Shown here: piece by piece, positions 50,262 through 60,837 of the stretch
Layout of the letters: each line of letters starts with the position of its first letter
Numbering within the stretch: the stretch's first letter is position 1
NCBI GenBank assembly: GCA_964467925.1
Contig: CAYXSX010000001.1
Location: forward strand, 6,870 to 70,869
Direction: 5' to 3'
Length of the DNA: 64,000 nucleotides
Source: an uncultured Pseudobdellovibrionaceae bacterium
GTDB taxonomy: Bacteria; Pseudomonadota; Alphaproteobacteria; Micavibrionales; Micavibrionaceae
Notes under the pieces: generated by a model
Seen by the model: the letters and a program-made list of their open reading frames with translations, nothing else
The model's database searches: none
What the model was told of the DNA's origin: nothing
Position numbers and translations under genes: made by a program

Positions 50262-51521
50262 ATGGACATAAATGGTGTAAAATCAAAGATCGACATGACC
50301 GCGTTTTTGCAAGGGACGGTTGCCGTTCTCTTGATATGGACCGGGATTATCATTTATGCCTTTACCCAAAGCGGCGCGGTTAAAGAGGAAATGCAAAGCC
50401 GGATGCCCGTGCGCACTGTCTTGATCGAAGCGGTAAAGCCCGCCGTTTCTGTTGCAAGGGTTGAGGCTTATCCTCCGACCGATATTCCGCAGACACCTGG
50501 AGTAGCCTCTCCCGGAATGCCGGAAGCCGTGCCCTCGCCCGATGTGAATATGCCTGTGGTTCTGGAGGGGTTGCGCTCTTCCCCGATAGAGGGACTGGTG
50601 GAAAATACCCCGCAAGGACCCTTGCCGCAAAAACGCGAATATGACGGCATGACGCCATTTAACGCCTATAAGCGCCCGTATGATTTCGCCGACGATACGC
50701 CGCTCGTGGCTTTGCTGGTGAAGGATTTCGGCCTGTCGCAAAATCTTTCGCGCGAGGCGATGGCCAAGCTGCCGGCGGAAATAAGTTTTCTCGTTTCGCC
50801 CTATAGCGACGATATTCAGGGAATTTCGACAGCCGCGCGCAATCACGGTCACGAGACATGGCTGGAAACGCCGATGGAAAATCGCGGCTTCGAAGAGGCA
50901 GACCCCGGCCCCACGATTATCATGAGTCGCAGCAGCCTTAAGGATAACGAGGTTGTTCTTCGCAAACTTATGGCGCTGTTTCACGGCTATGCGGGTATTG
51001 CCGGATTTGTCGATAACAGCTTCAATAATTTCGCCGCAACAATGATGGACGCACTGATCGGAAATGCTTTTGAGCGTGGTATCGGCTATATCGATCTGAA
51101 CCCTGATGCGCCGCCGCTAATGCCGCGTCTTGCGTTTAACTATAGCGCGCCCTATGCGCGGGCGGATAAACAGGCCGATGATCTTGCCGCGCTGGAGGCG
51201 CTGGAGAAAAAAGCGTCGGAAAACCGTTTCGCGCTCGGCACGATCCAGCTCACGCCCTATAATTTGAAAACGATTGTGAGTTGGATTCAATCCTTAAAAG
51301 AAAAAAATATCACACTTATTCCAGCTTCCGCGATAGCCGACGCCCCTACCCGCCTGATGGGTTCTATGGCCGCCCCGCCGCCGGAGGAACCTGCGGCGCC
51401 GGCAAATGAAGATGAAGCGGAAGAAAGCGCAGAGCATTCCGAGAGTAAAACGCATGCAGAGCCTGAAACGCCTGCCGAACATTCCGAAGCCCCGCATCCA
51501 AAAGATGAGACCCACCATTAA
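50262..51521 (+). CDS. Divergent polysaccharide deacetylase family protein (YibQ-like)
   Basis: TM anchor and proline-rich linker. Conserved core (LSFLVSPYS, GHETWLETPME). Acidic C-terminal tail. Confidence 0.8.
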   Translation: MDINGVKSKIDMTAFLQGTVAVLLIWTGIIIYAFTQSGAVKEEMQSRMPVRTVLIEAVKPAVSVARVEAYPPTDIPQTPGVASPGMPEAVPSPDVNMPVVLEGLRSSPIEGLVENTPQGPLPQKREYDGMTPFNAYKRPYDFADDTPLVALLVKDFGLSQNLSREAMAKLPAEISFLVSPYSDDIQGISTAARNHGHETWLETPMENRGFEEADPGPTIIMSRSSLKDNEVVLRKLMALFHGYAGIAGFVDNSFNNFAATMMDALIGNAFERGIGYIDLNPDAPPLMPRLAFNYSAPYARADKQADDLAALEALEKKASENRFALGTIQLTPYNLKTIVSWIQSLKEKNITLIPASAIADAPTRLMGSMAAPPPEEPAAPANEDEAEESAEHSESKTHAEPETPAEHSEAPHPKDETHH

Positions 51522-52005
51522 CAGCGCGAACAAAAATCCCGAAACGCTGCCTTACCGGCCCTGCGTCGGTATCGCCCTGTTCAATGCAAAGGGAGAGGTG
51601 TTCGTCGGCGAGCGTATCGATACGCCCGGCGCATGGCAGATGCCGCAAGGCGGGATCGACGAGGGGGAAGATTTAATTCCCGCCGCGAAACGCGAACTGC
51701 GCGAGGAAGTGGGATCGGATAATATCGAAGTGATAAGAGTGTTCGGCCAAACCGTGAAATATGACGTACCGGAAGATTTGCGCCAAAGACTATGGAACGG
51801 GCAATATCGCGGGCAGGAACAATTCTGGGTCGCGGCACGGTTTTTGGGCAAAGATGAGGATATAGACATCGAACACCATCCCCTGCCGGAATTCAGCCGG
51901 TGGAAATGGGTGAAGCTGGAGGAAACGGTGGAACTGATCGTGCCGTTTAAACGCGACGTTTATAAACAGATCATAGCAATGTTCAAAGATATCCCGGGCT
52001 CATAA
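51505..52005 (+). CDS. rppH: RNA pyrophosphohydrolase RppH (NUDIX)
   Basis: LPYRPCVGIALFN and the Nudix box GGIDEGEDLIPAAKRELREEVG. Start at ATG 51505. Confidence 0.9.
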   Translation: MRPTINSANKNPETLPYRPCVGIALFNAKGEVFVGERIDTPGAWQMPQGGIDEGEDLIPAAKRELREEVGSDNIEVIRVFGQTVKYDVPEDLRQRLWNGQYRGQEQFWVAARFLGKDEDIDIEHHPLPEFSRWKWVKLEETVELIVPFKRDVYKQIIAMFKDIPGS

Positions 52006-52050
52006 ACATTCAGGGAATGCCCTATCCGCCATTTCGGATCATAAAAAATT

Positions 52051-52151
52051 TCCCCTCCCTAAGGGAGGGGATCAAGGGGAGGGTTTAGAATCGGTGTTTA
52101 AAGGCAACATACAACACCCCCACCCTAACCCTCCCCCTCAAGGGGGAGGGA
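52051..52151. repeat. G/C-tract palindromic element (CCCCTCCC / GGGAGGGG hairpins)
   Basis: Hairpin TCCCCTCCCTAAGGGAGGGGA at the left and CCCTCCCCCTCAAGGGGGAGGG at the right. AAGGGGAGGGTT pairs with AACCCTCCCC. Lies between the convergent rppH and tolB. Confidence 0.75.
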
Positions 52152-52175
52152 AAAGTTATAATGCCCACTCAAACC

Positions 52176-53495
52176 TTACGGATTAACCGGTGACCAGGTG
52201 GGGTCGGAGCCGTCACGCGGGGTCGATAACTGGCGTTCGTTAAATCCGGTAATGTCGATCGTATAAAGCTTGGCTTCGCGCCCTTCGCGCCGCGCGCCGA
52301 CCGGATTTTCCTTGAAGTAAACCAGCACGCGCCCGTTGGGAGACCAGCTTGGCGCTTCCACGTGATAGGCGTTGGTGATCAAACGCTCACCGCTGCCATC
52401 CGGGCGGATCACGCCGATATAGAACTTGCCCTCATAGATACGGGTAAAGGCGATCAAATCGCCGCGCGGCGACCAGACGGGCGCGCCGTAACGGCCCTTG
52501 CCGAATGTAATACGCGTGGCGGTATCGCCGTTTGCATCCATCACGTAAAGTTGCTGAGAACCGCCGCGGTCGGATTCAAACACGATTTTCTTACCGTCGG
52601 GCGAATAGGATGGTGATGTATCAATCGCCGAATTATTCGTCATACGGCGGGAACGGCGGGAAGCCAGATCGAGTTCGTAAATATCGGTATTGCCGCCTGT
52701 GGCAAGGCTCATGACGACCTTTTTGCCATCAGGCGAGAACCGGGGGGAGAAGGTCATGCCGGGAAAATCGCCCAGCACTTCGCGGCGCCCCGTATTGATG
52801 TCGTAGAGATAAACGCGCGGTTTATTACGCTCGTAAGACATATAGGCAATCGTCTGCTGGCTTGGTGAAAAACGCGGCGTCAACACAAGCGCGTTGCCAT
52901 CGGTCAGATAACGGTGGTTCGCGCCGTCTTGATCCATAATCGCCAGGCGTTTTACACGCTGGCCGGTCGGACCGGATTCGGAAATATACACGATACGCGA
53001 ATCGAAATATCCCTCCTCGCCCGTCAGGCGCTTGTAAATCTCGTCCGAAATAATATGCGCGATACGCCGCCAATTGGCATCGGTCGTTACATAAGCAACG
53101 CCGGAAAGTTGCTTTTCTGAGAACACATCCCAAAGACGGAATTCCACACGGGAACGCCCGTCCGCTTGCTGGGTTACGTTTCCGGTAATAAGCCCCTGCG
53201 CATTAATAGCACGCCATTCCCCGAAACGAACGCCGTCTTGATAAACGGAAGCAGAAGACTGCACAAAAGCCTTGGGGTCGATCGGCTTGAACAGGCCGGA
53301 ACGTTTAAGGTTCGCGGAAATAATTTCGGGAATTTGGGCTGCGATGTCTCTCGGTGCGCCCTCATCAGCATAAAACGGGCTTACGGCCACGGGTATGGGT
53401 TCGGATACGCCGCGCGTAATGTCAATTTTAATCTCGGCCCGCGCGCTAAGCGGGATGGACAGGGCAATTACAAGGAATAGGAGAATCTGTTTCAT
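52176..53495 (-). CDS. tolB: Tol-Pal system beta-propeller protein TolB
   Basis: Signal peptide and repeated P.FSPDG / P.WSP blades; 439 aa. Confidence 0.95.
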   Translation of the reverse strand: MKQILLFLVIALSIPLSARAEIKIDITRGVSEPIPVAVSPFYADEGAPRDIAAQIPEIISANLKRSGLFKPIDPKAFVQSSASVYQDGVRFGEWRAINAQGLITGNVTQQADGRSRVEFRLWDVFSEKQLSGVAYVTTDANWRRIAHIISDEIYKRLTGEEGYFDSRIVYISESGPTGQRVKRLAIMDQDGANHRYLTDGNALVLTPRFSPSQQTIAYMSYERNKPRVYLYDINTGRREVLGDFPGMTFSPRFSPDGKKVVMSLATGGNTDIYELDLASRRSRRMTNNSAIDTSPSYSPDGKKIVFESDRGGSQQLYVMDANGDTATRITFGKGRYGAPVWSPRGDLIAFTRIYEGKFYIGVIRPDGSGERLITNAYHVEAPSWSPNGRVLVYFKENPVGARREGREAKLYTIDITGFNERQLSTPRDGSDPTWSPVNP

Positions 53496-53531
53496 AATGT
53501 CTTATACCACCTCTTTTAGAGCATTTCACTT

Positions 53532-54458
53532 TTAAAGCATTTCACGCGGATCAAATCTTATGACGGTGACCTTCCAGCTTTCATATTTATCCGGCGGCAA
53601 GGCCAAGGGCGAACAACGGGGATTACGCAGAGCCCGCAAAGCCGCATCGGCGGCAGCGCGGTAATGCGGGTTGGCGGCGTTCAACCCCTCGTTAATCACG
53701 CGGGCGGAATTTACCGTGCGGTCGGGATTAACGATCACGCGAACCTCGACCACCAGATTTTCGGCGTATTTTGCACCGGCCAGAACGTTCCAGCATTTTG
53801 CCATCTGCGCGCGCAACGCCTCTTCCTCACTCACCGTAATACGGGCGGCCACGGGTGCCTGCGGCGAAGGTTTATCGGGCTGCGATTCCAGTTCCGGTGA
53901 ATCGTTTTTCGCAACTGATTCATCTAGGTTCGGCGTCAGGTTTTTCAACAGCGTCTGGAAATCATTCGCTTTCTCTTTCGGCTTTTCCGGTTTTTTGGTC
54001 GCCGGCTTTGGAGCGGGCGGGGGCGGTTTTTTCTGCTCTTCCGGTTTCTTTATATCTTTTCGCTCAAGCGGTTCAGGCGCGGGCGGCGGCGGCACATCCT
54101 CCACCGCTTCGGAAGCATCGGGAGCCTTGGGCGAGCTTAAATCGGGAGGCGCCTCCGCGGTCATGGGCGGGGGCTTATACGCCTCGGGCGGTGGCGGTTC
54201 CGTTTCTTGCGGCGGTTGTTCTTTGGGCATTTCGGTGAATGACGGTACGCGGTCGGTTTGGGTAAGCTCGTCAATATCGGCGATTTCCACGCTGATCGGA
54301 TTTGAAATAGTCATAGGTTCTTTTTTGACAAAGGGCATGCCCATGGCAAAAACCAGAACGATAAAAAGGTGAAAGACGCCCGAGCCGAGCAAAGCCTTTA
54401 GCGAAAAATTCGGAGCTTCTCTTAAATCGAGACGAGATCTGAGCGCCGGGGCGTGCAT
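53532..54458 (-). CDS. tolA: TolA-like protein (TM anchor, P/K/E-rich linker, TonB_C-like domain)
   Basis: Position between tolR and tolB. Single TM helix, proline/lysine-rich spacer and a C-terminal globular domain. Confidence 0.8.
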   Translation of the reverse strand: MHAPALRSRLDLREAPNFSLKALLGSGVFHLFIVLVFAMGMPFVKKEPMTISNPISVEIADIDELTQTDRVPSFTEMPKEQPPQETEPPPPEAYKPPPMTAEAPPDLSSPKAPDASEAVEDVPPPPAPEPLERKDIKKPEEQKKPPPPAPKPATKKPEKPKEKANDFQTLLKNLTPNLDESVAKNDSPELESQPDKPSPQAPVAARITVSEEEALRAQMAKCWNVLAGAKYAENLVVEVRVIVNPDRTVNSARVINEGLNAANPHYRAAADAALRALRNPRCSPLALPPDKYESWKVTVIRFDPREML

Positions 54459-54465
54459 TTGCGGC

Positions 54466-54915
54466 CTACCTTCCGCCCCCGGGTTCAGAGATCAGGGCGA
54501 CCTTGTTAAACCCGGCCCCATTTACGGCGCCGATAACCTGCATCACCATGCCGTAGGAAATGGCCTGATCACCGCGGATATAGATGCGCCGGTCCACCTG
54601 CCCTTGCGTCATCGCGGCCAGAAGCGGCACAAGGCGCTCGCGCTTGACCTCGCTTTCGCCGATATAAATAACGCCATCAGCCGTAACAGTAATCTCGATG
54701 GGTTTGTTGTCTTCGTCGCTGATCGCCTTGGCTTCGGTATTGGGAAGATCGACAGGAACTCCGGCGGTCAAAAGCGGCGCTGCCACCATAAAGACGATCA
54801 AAAGCACCAGCATCACATCGACAAACGGGGTGACGTTGATCTCCGCCATCGGACGGTAAGAACCGCCCGAACGCCGCCCGCGTGATCGCGTTTTTGTGGT
54901 GAGTGTCGCCGCCAT
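54466..54915 (-). CDS. tolR: Tol-Pal system protein TolR (ExbD family)
   Basis: MAEINVTPFVDVMLVLLIVFM motif with the conserved Asp. Confidence 0.9.
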   Translation of the reverse strand: MAATLTTKTRSRGRRSGGSYRPMAEINVTPFVDVMLVLLIVFMVAAPLLTAGVPVDLPNTEAKAISDEDNKPIEITVTADGVIYIGESEVKRERLVPLLAAMTQGQVDRRIYIRGDQAISYGMVMQVIGAVNGAGFNKVALISEPGGGR

Positions 54916-54919
54916 TTAT

Positions 54920-55669
<750 letters not shown>

Positions 55670-56080
55670 TTACGTTTCCAGAAATTGTTCAAATTCGTTT
55701 TTGACCTTTTCCGGTAACCGCACCGGCTTTAAGGTTTTACTATCTACGCATACGATAACGACCTGCATGTCACAAATGACCTCGCCGTCGCGCTCCAGGC
55801 ATTGATGCATGATGAAACTAGTATTTTTCAGGGCGGAAATCGAGGTCTTTAATGAACATAAATCATCTAAATGCGCGGTCTTAAGATAATCGATTTCGAC
55901 ATGGCGCACTACGAAAATCATTCCCAGTTCTTTTGAAAGCGTGGAATTTTCATGACCCAAGCTGCGCAAGAACTCGGTGCGGCCACGCTCGGCGAATTTC
56001 AGGTAATTAGCATGGTACACGACGCCGCCGGCATCGGTATCCTCGTAATATATGCGTACGGGAAGGGTGTGGGTGGTCAT
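55670..56080 (-). CDS. ybgC: Tol-Pal-associated acyl-CoA thioesterase YbgC
   Basis: Hot-dog fold with N-terminal [19 protein letters not shown]. Confidence 0.9.
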   Translation of the reverse strand: MTTHTLPVRIYYEDTDAGGVVYHANYLKFAERGRTEFLRSLGHENSTLSKELGMIFVVRHVEIDYLKTAHLDDLCSLKTSISALKNTSFIMHQCLERDGEVICDMQVVIVCVDSKTLKPVRLPEKVKNEFEQFLET

Positions 56081-57111
56081 TCGTCAAACAAATTTTCTTG
56101 AGAATTCACTTTAACTTCGATCCCTAAATATTTGAAACCTTTAGAAGAAATACATCTGCCGCGAGGGGTTCTTTGCACCAATCCCTGCTGCATCAAATAA
56201 GGCTCTATCACGTCTTCGATCATATCGCGTTGCTCCGATAACGCGGCGGCGAGGGTTTCGACACCCACGGGCCCGCCGCCGTAATTTTCAGCGATACAGG
56301 CCATGTAACGCCGGTCCATCGAATCGAGGCCGCTGGCATCGACATCAAGACGGCGCAGGGCCTCATCGACTTTTTCTTTTGTGATCTCGCCCGATCCGGA
56401 TGAGAAATCACGAACACGCCTTGTCAAACGCCCGGCGATACGGGGAGTTCCCCGCGAGCGTTTTGCCACTTCAAGCGCGCCCTCTTCGCTGAGGTTCATT
56501 TTCAAAATTCCGGCGCTGCGCTTGACGATAAGAGCGAGCTCCGCATCTTCGTAAAACTCGAGCCGCAAGGGAATACCGAAACGATCACGCAAGGGGTTGG
56601 TCAAAAGGCCGGAACGCGTGGTTGCACCCACAAGCGTAAAGGGCACGAGGTCGATCTGGACAGAGCGGGCCGCAGGCCCCTCCCCGATAATCAGGTCGAG
56701 CTTGCGGTCCTCCATGGCCGGATACAGGATTTCCTCCACCGCCGGATTGAGGCGGTGAATTTCATCAATAAAGAGAACGTCATTCGGCTCCAGATTGGTC
56801 AGCAGAGCGGCCAGATCGCCGGACTTCGCGATAACGGGGCCTGAAGTGGCGCGGAAACCGACGCCGAGTTCCTTGGCGACAATCTGCGCTAAGGTGGTTT
56901 TACCAAGGCCGGGCGGGCCGAAAAGCAGGACGTGATCCATTGCCTCGCCGCGGGACCGGGCGGCCTCCACGAAAACACGCAAATTCGCGCGCAAACCCTC
57001 CTGCCCGATAAAGGCATCAAGCGTATCAGGGCGCAGAGGGTTTTCCTCCACCCCCTCGAATTCATGAGGTTCGCGATCAAGGTCGGTGTTTTTCATTGGC
57101 TCAATACTCAT
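56077..57111 (-). CDS. ruvB: Holliday junction branch migration helicase RuvB
   Basis: Walker [10 protein letters not shown], Walker B LFIDEIH and the sensor region. Confidence 0.97.
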   Translation of the reverse strand: MSIEPMKNTDLDREPHEFEGVEENPLRPDTLDAFIGQEGLRANLRVFVEAARSRGEAMDHVLLFGPPGLGKTTLAQIVAKELGVGFRATSGPVIAKSGDLAALLTNLEPNDVLFIDEIHRLNPAVEEILYPAMEDRKLDLIIGEGPAARSVQIDLVPFTLVGATTRSGLLTNPLRDRFGIPLRLEFYEDAELALIVKRSAGILKMNLSEEGALEVAKRSRGTPRIAGRLTRRVRDFSSGSGEITKEKVDEALRRLDVDASGLDSMDRRYMACIAENYGGGPVGVETLAAALSEQRDMIEDVIEPYLMQQGLVQRTPRGRCISSKGFKYLGIEVKVNSQENLFDE

Positions 57112-57728
57112 GCACTTAGCTCCTTGAGCGCGGCGCGGATAATATCTTGCAAATTATCATTGGCCCTTGCTTTCGCCGCCATGACGGCCTGAAACGCCTG
57201 CGCGCGCGGGTAACCGAGATTGATGAGGGCGGAGACGGCGTCCTGATCGACGCTGCCCGCCTCCTCATTTCCGGCGGCGATGTCCTTGTACGAAACCGGA
57301 GCGGCAGCACCCTGCCCCATGGCAAGGCTTCCGGCCTTGTCTTTAAGCTCGGTCACAATGCGCACGGCCAGTTTGGGTCCGACGCCATCGGCCTGACGGA
57401 TCGCGTTCTGATCCTGTGAGGCGATAATCATCGGCAGCTTATCCGCCGGGCACACGGCCAGAATAGCCAGCCCGGCCTTCGCGCCCACCCCCTGCACGGA
57501 TGTAAGAAGTTTAAACCATTGCTGCTCGGCGGCGTCGGCAAAACCGTAAAGTGTGATCGCATCTTCGCGCACCTGCGTTTCGATCAAAAGACTGGCCGGG
57601 TCGCCCTTTTGCCCGATGCGGCCCAACGTCCGGCGGCTGGCATGCACCAGATAGCCCACCCCGCCGACATCGAGTATCAGATGCCCGTCCGCGAAAGAAT
57701 CAATAATGCCGGAAAGTTTGCCAATCAT
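57108..57728 (-). CDS. ruvA: Holliday junction DNA helicase RuvA
   Basis: MIGKLSG start and HhH motifs ([31 protein letters not shown]). Confidence 0.95.
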   Translation of the reverse strand: MIGKLSGIIDSFADGHLILDVGGVGYLVHASRRTLGRIGQKGDPASLLIETQVREDAITLYGFADAAEQQWFKLLTSVQGVGAKAGLAILAVCPADKLPMIIASQDQNAIRQADGVGPKLAVRIVTELKDKAGSLAMGQGAAAPVSYKDIAAGNEEAGSVDQDAVSALINLGYPRAQAFQAVMAAKARANDNLQDIIRAALKELSA

Positions 57729-57755
57729 TTGTGTCTTATGATAAACGATTTCCCC

Positions 57756-58559
57756 ATGATGTTAAGTACTGAGTTCAATCCGACTGCAGATATTCAAAAG
57801 ATTTTGAAGGAAGCCCCCTTTTGCACCAGAAATTCCTTTAGAGTATTGTTGGCACAAGCTGACTGGACACATGAGCGGCAGACAAGAATAATCCATCTTT
57901 CGGGCGATGGAAAATGGGCTATCAAGATTTTTTCCGCCGCACAGCGATATCATGAGGGAGAATTTGCTCGGTTTTGTCAACAAGCCCCCTCTGCGATTGC
58001 GTCGCCGCATATCGTAAAAGTTCCATACATTGGCCGTCTTCAGGGCGGCGATTTCTTTATGGTAATGGAAGCATTGGAAGCTCTGGACGCGCTTCATCGT
58101 AGATCCAGCCTGCACAAAACCGTTAGAGATATCCAAACAGCATATGGCGATGAGGTTTATGATTCAAAAAGCCAAAAGTATAAAACGCCGTCCACTTCGG
58201 AACGGCGCGACATTTTAGAACAGTTGGACAGCAACCATCCTGCGCTCATGGAGGCTTTTCGCGCTATATTACGGCATGCCGCCATGCAATTTTTTCACAA
58301 TAGATACGGGCCGCGGAAATGTGTAATGCCGTATCTGGATTTAAAATTAGACAACGTTATGAAACGTAAAAACGAAAACGGTTCTTACGACCTGGTCTTC
58401 ATAGATCAGTTTTTTGGCGGCGGCATCCAAATACTCGCCCCTTTCGTACAGGAAACCTGGAAGATTTTCGGCATTGAACTTGACGATATCTGGAACAATC
58501 CTCCCCCTTTAATAGTGCAGGCACGGCAAAACAGGTTTTTACCTGAACCTGCTTATTGA
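57756..58559 (+). CDS. Orphan protein with protein-kinase-like motifs (267 aa)
   Basis: Kinase-like order of motifs: SGDGKWAIKIF (beta3 Lys), HEGEF (alphaC Glu), FFMVMEAL (hinge), YLDLKLDNVM (catalytic loop D-x-K-x-x-N), VFIDQFFGG (DFG-like). AT-rich with several AGA/TTA/ATA codons. Opposite strand to the ruv genes. Confidence 0.6.
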   Translation: MMLSTEFNPTADIQKILKEAPFCTRNSFRVLLAQADWTHERQTRIIHLSGDGKWAIKIFSAAQRYHEGEFARFCQQAPSAIASPHIVKVPYIGRLQGGDFFMVMEALEALDALHRRSSLHKTVRDIQTAYGDEVYDSKSQKYKTPSTSERRDILEQLDSNHPALMEAFRAILRHAAMQFFHNRYGPRKCVMPYLDLKLDNVMKRKNENGSYDLVFIDQFFGGGIQILAPFVQETWKIFGIELDDIWNNPPPLIVQARQNRFLPEPAY

Positions 58560-59017
58560 TGATGCGCATGGGTAATGGCCACGGCGAGCGCATCCGCCTC
58601 GTCTTCGCTGGGGCGGCCGGAGGCGGGAAGCAGAGTTTTAATCATCATGCCGATTTGTTCCTTGCCCGCATGGCCCGTGCCGACGATGGATTTTTTGACC
58701 TTGTTGGCAGAATATTCCCCCACTGCAAGTCCGTAAAGCGCCGGAACACTAAGAACCACGCCGCGCGCCTGCCCCAGTTTCAAGGCAGATGCCGGATTCT
58801 GGTTGACGAAAGTTTCCTCCACCGCCGCGCTATCGGGATTGTGCAGTTTAATTACATCCGCAAGTCCGGCGTGCAGCGCGGCAAGGCGCGCAGGCAAAGG
58901 GTCCGCAGCGTTTGTTTTGACCAGCCCGCACGCCACGAATTGCAGCCTGCTCCCTTGTGAAATAATTATCCCCCAGCCGGTTTTTTGCAGGCCGGGATCA
59001 ATGCCGAGAATCTTCAT
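58553..59017 (-). CDS. ruvC: Crossover junction endodeoxyribonuclease RuvC
   Basis: MKILGIDPGL start with catalytic acidic residues (EETFVN, DEADALAVAI). Confidence 0.95.
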   Translation of the reverse strand: MKILGIDPGLQKTGWGIIISQGSRLQFVACGLVKTNAADPLPARLAALHAGLADVIKLHNPDSAAVEETFVNQNPASALKLGQARGVVLSVPALYGLAVGEYSANKVKKSIVGTGHAGKEQIGMMIKTLLPASGRPSEDEADALAVAITHAHHQ

Positions 59018-59074
59018 GTGATTAATGTAACAAAGTTATTGCAAAAAACAGAATTAATGATTATCTTTTAAATT

Positions 59075-59332
59075 ATGACAAAGAAAATTTCAGTCGGCGA
59101 TCTTGTTCTGATTAAAGCTAGGTTTAGAGACCACAAATCTAGCTCACAGCGTCCGGATCTTAATTTTAGATTAGCTTTTAAAGTTATTGCCACCGACGAA
59201 GAAGGCATCTTGCACATTGCCAACCCCGGGGAAGTTTTATTACAGCAGGACTCTAAAGAACCCATTTCTGCAGGCTTAGGGGCAGTAGAAAAACTAGATT
59301 TTCAAGGTTTAGAAATTATAGGCCACGCCTAA
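59075..59332 (+). CDS. Hypothetical AT-rich orphan (85 aa)
   Basis: Clean ORF in a visibly AT-rich spacer between ruvC and yebC. Rare codons (AGA, TTA, CTA, ATA). No recognisable domain. Confidence 0.45.
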   Translation: MTKKISVGDLVLIKARFRDHKSSSQRPDLNFRLAFKVIATDEEGILHIANPGEVLLQQDSKEPISAGLGAVEKLDFQGLEIIGHA

Positions 59333-59361
59333 CCAGCCGCCATCCCGTCTTCGCCTTTCGG

Positions 59362-60117
59362 CTAGGACGCGGCGAGCAATTTTTCCATCACTTCGTCATC
59401 AAGCTCGAGATTGGCTGTAACGGTCTGAACGTCGTCATCTTCTTCGAGGGTGTCGATTAGTTTTAGAATCGTTTCCGCCTGTTCCTCGCTTACTTCGGAC
59501 ATTACATTGGGTTTCCAGATAAGGCCCGCCTTTTGCGGCTCGCCATATTGTCCCTCAAGCGCCTTTTGCACGGCGGCGAAATCTGTAACCTCGCAAGTAA
59601 TAATGTGATCTTCCTCGTCACTTTCAACATTTGTGGCCCCAGCTTCGAGAGCGGCCTCAAACATATCTTCATCGCTGGCGACGGATTTGGGGTAAATGAT
59701 TTCGCCGATGCGGTCGAACATGAAATTCACGCTGCCGCTTTCACCCAGATTGCCGCCATTTTTGGTGAAAATGGAGCGAACCTCTCCGGCCGTGCGGTTA
59801 CGGTTATCGGTCAGAGCTTCGACGATAATCGCCACGCCGCCGGGGCCGTAGCCTTCGTAACGGACTTCCTCGTAATTCTCTCCCTCGCCGCCGCCGATGC
59901 CCTTTTGGATGGCCTTTTCAATACCGTCTTTGGGCATGGATTGCCCGCGCGCGGTGGCAATGGCAAGGCGCAGACGCGGGTTCATATCAGGATCGCCACC
60001 ACCCAGTTTGGCCGCCACATATATCTCGCGCCCCAGTTTGGAAAATTGTTTGGCGCGCACCGCATCGGCGCGCCCTTTTCTATGTTTGATGTTTGCCCAT
60101 TTGGAATGACCGGCCAT
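59362..60117 (-). CDS. yebC: YebC/PmpR family DNA-binding transcriptional regulator
   Basis: [15 protein letters not shown] start; 251 aa. Confidence 0.95.
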   Translation of the reverse strand: MAGHSKWANIKHRKGRADAVRAKQFSKLGREIYVAAKLGGGDPDMNPRLRLAIATARGQSMPKDGIEKAIQKGIGGGEGENYEEVRYEGYGPGGVAIIVEALTDNRNRTAGEVRSIFTKNGGNLGESGSVNFMFDRIGEIIYPKSVASDEDMFEAALEAGATNVESDEEDHIITCEVTDFAAVQKALEGQYGEPQKAGLIWKPNVMSEVSEEQAETILKLIDTLEEDDDVQTVTANLELDDEVMEKLLAAS

Positions 60118-60261
60118 CGTAATTTATCCTTTTAATGTGTAATCAAGCGGGCACACTATACAAATTCCCCCGCATAATGGAAATATGAAATAATTGCGCC
60201 TAAGCTATGAAAAAATATGCTAAAATCGACATAACGACACTAAGACGGCCCTGTAAATTTT

Positions 60262-60831
60262 ATGAGCTATACATTCGACCATCTCAACGTTCTTGTCATT
60301 GAAGACAACAAGCCGGTTCTGGATCTGGCCAATTCGATATTGCTGGCCTTTGGCGTGGGCGAGGTTTTGACCGCGCGCGACGGCAAAACCGGGTTCGAGG
60401 TGTTTTGTGAAAAAAACCCGGATATCGTCATTTCGGACTGGATGATGCAGCCCATCGACGGTATTGCCCTGACCCGGCTCATAAGGGAAGACGCGGCATC
60501 GCCCAACCGTTTCGTGCCCGTGATTTTGATGACGGGCGTAAGCGAGCGCGACAAGGTCATGCATGCGCGCGATGCGGGCGTGACGGAATTTTTGCTTAAA
60601 CCGTTTAACGCGCGAGAAATGTACCGCCGGATCGAGCAAGTCATCGAGCGCCCGCGCCAGTTCGTGCGCACGGAAGAGTTTTTCGGCCCCGACCGCAGAC
60701 GGCTGCGCGGCAATCCGTACCCCGGAGACAAACGACGTTTTACCGACGTGCCGGAAGAGCCGTTCCGCCGGAATATCGATTTCAATACGGATTTGAAAGT
60801 CAGACCGCCGGAAGACCGGACAAAACGATAG
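60262..60831 (+). CDS. CheY-like single-domain response regulator with Arg-rich C-terminal extension
   Basis: REC motifs (VLVIEDN, IVISDWMM, MTGV, LLKPF) followed by about 60 aa containing FFGPDRRRLRG and KRRF. Confidence 0.9.
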   Translation: MSYTFDHLNVLVIEDNKPVLDLANSILLAFGVGEVLTARDGKTGFEVFCEKNPDIVISDWMMQPIDGIALTRLIREDAASPNRFVPVILMTGVSERDKVMHARDAGVTEFLLKPFNAREMYRRIEQVIERPRQFVRTEEFFGPDRRRLRGNPYPGDKRRFTDVPEEPFRRNIDFNTDLKVRPPEDRTKR

Positions 60832-60837
60832 GGATTT

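Noticed and set aside
53671-54372. 233-aa Gly/Ser-rich ORF antisense to tolA
   Set aside because: It is the complement of the Pro/Lys/Glu-rich TolA linker, and its position inside the tolQRAB cluster supports the minus-strand gene.
57519-57755. 5' extension of the kinase-like ORF overlapping ruvA
   Set aside because: This part is antisense to the well-supported ruvA N-terminus. The tandem ATGs at 57756/57759 lie just outside ruvA.
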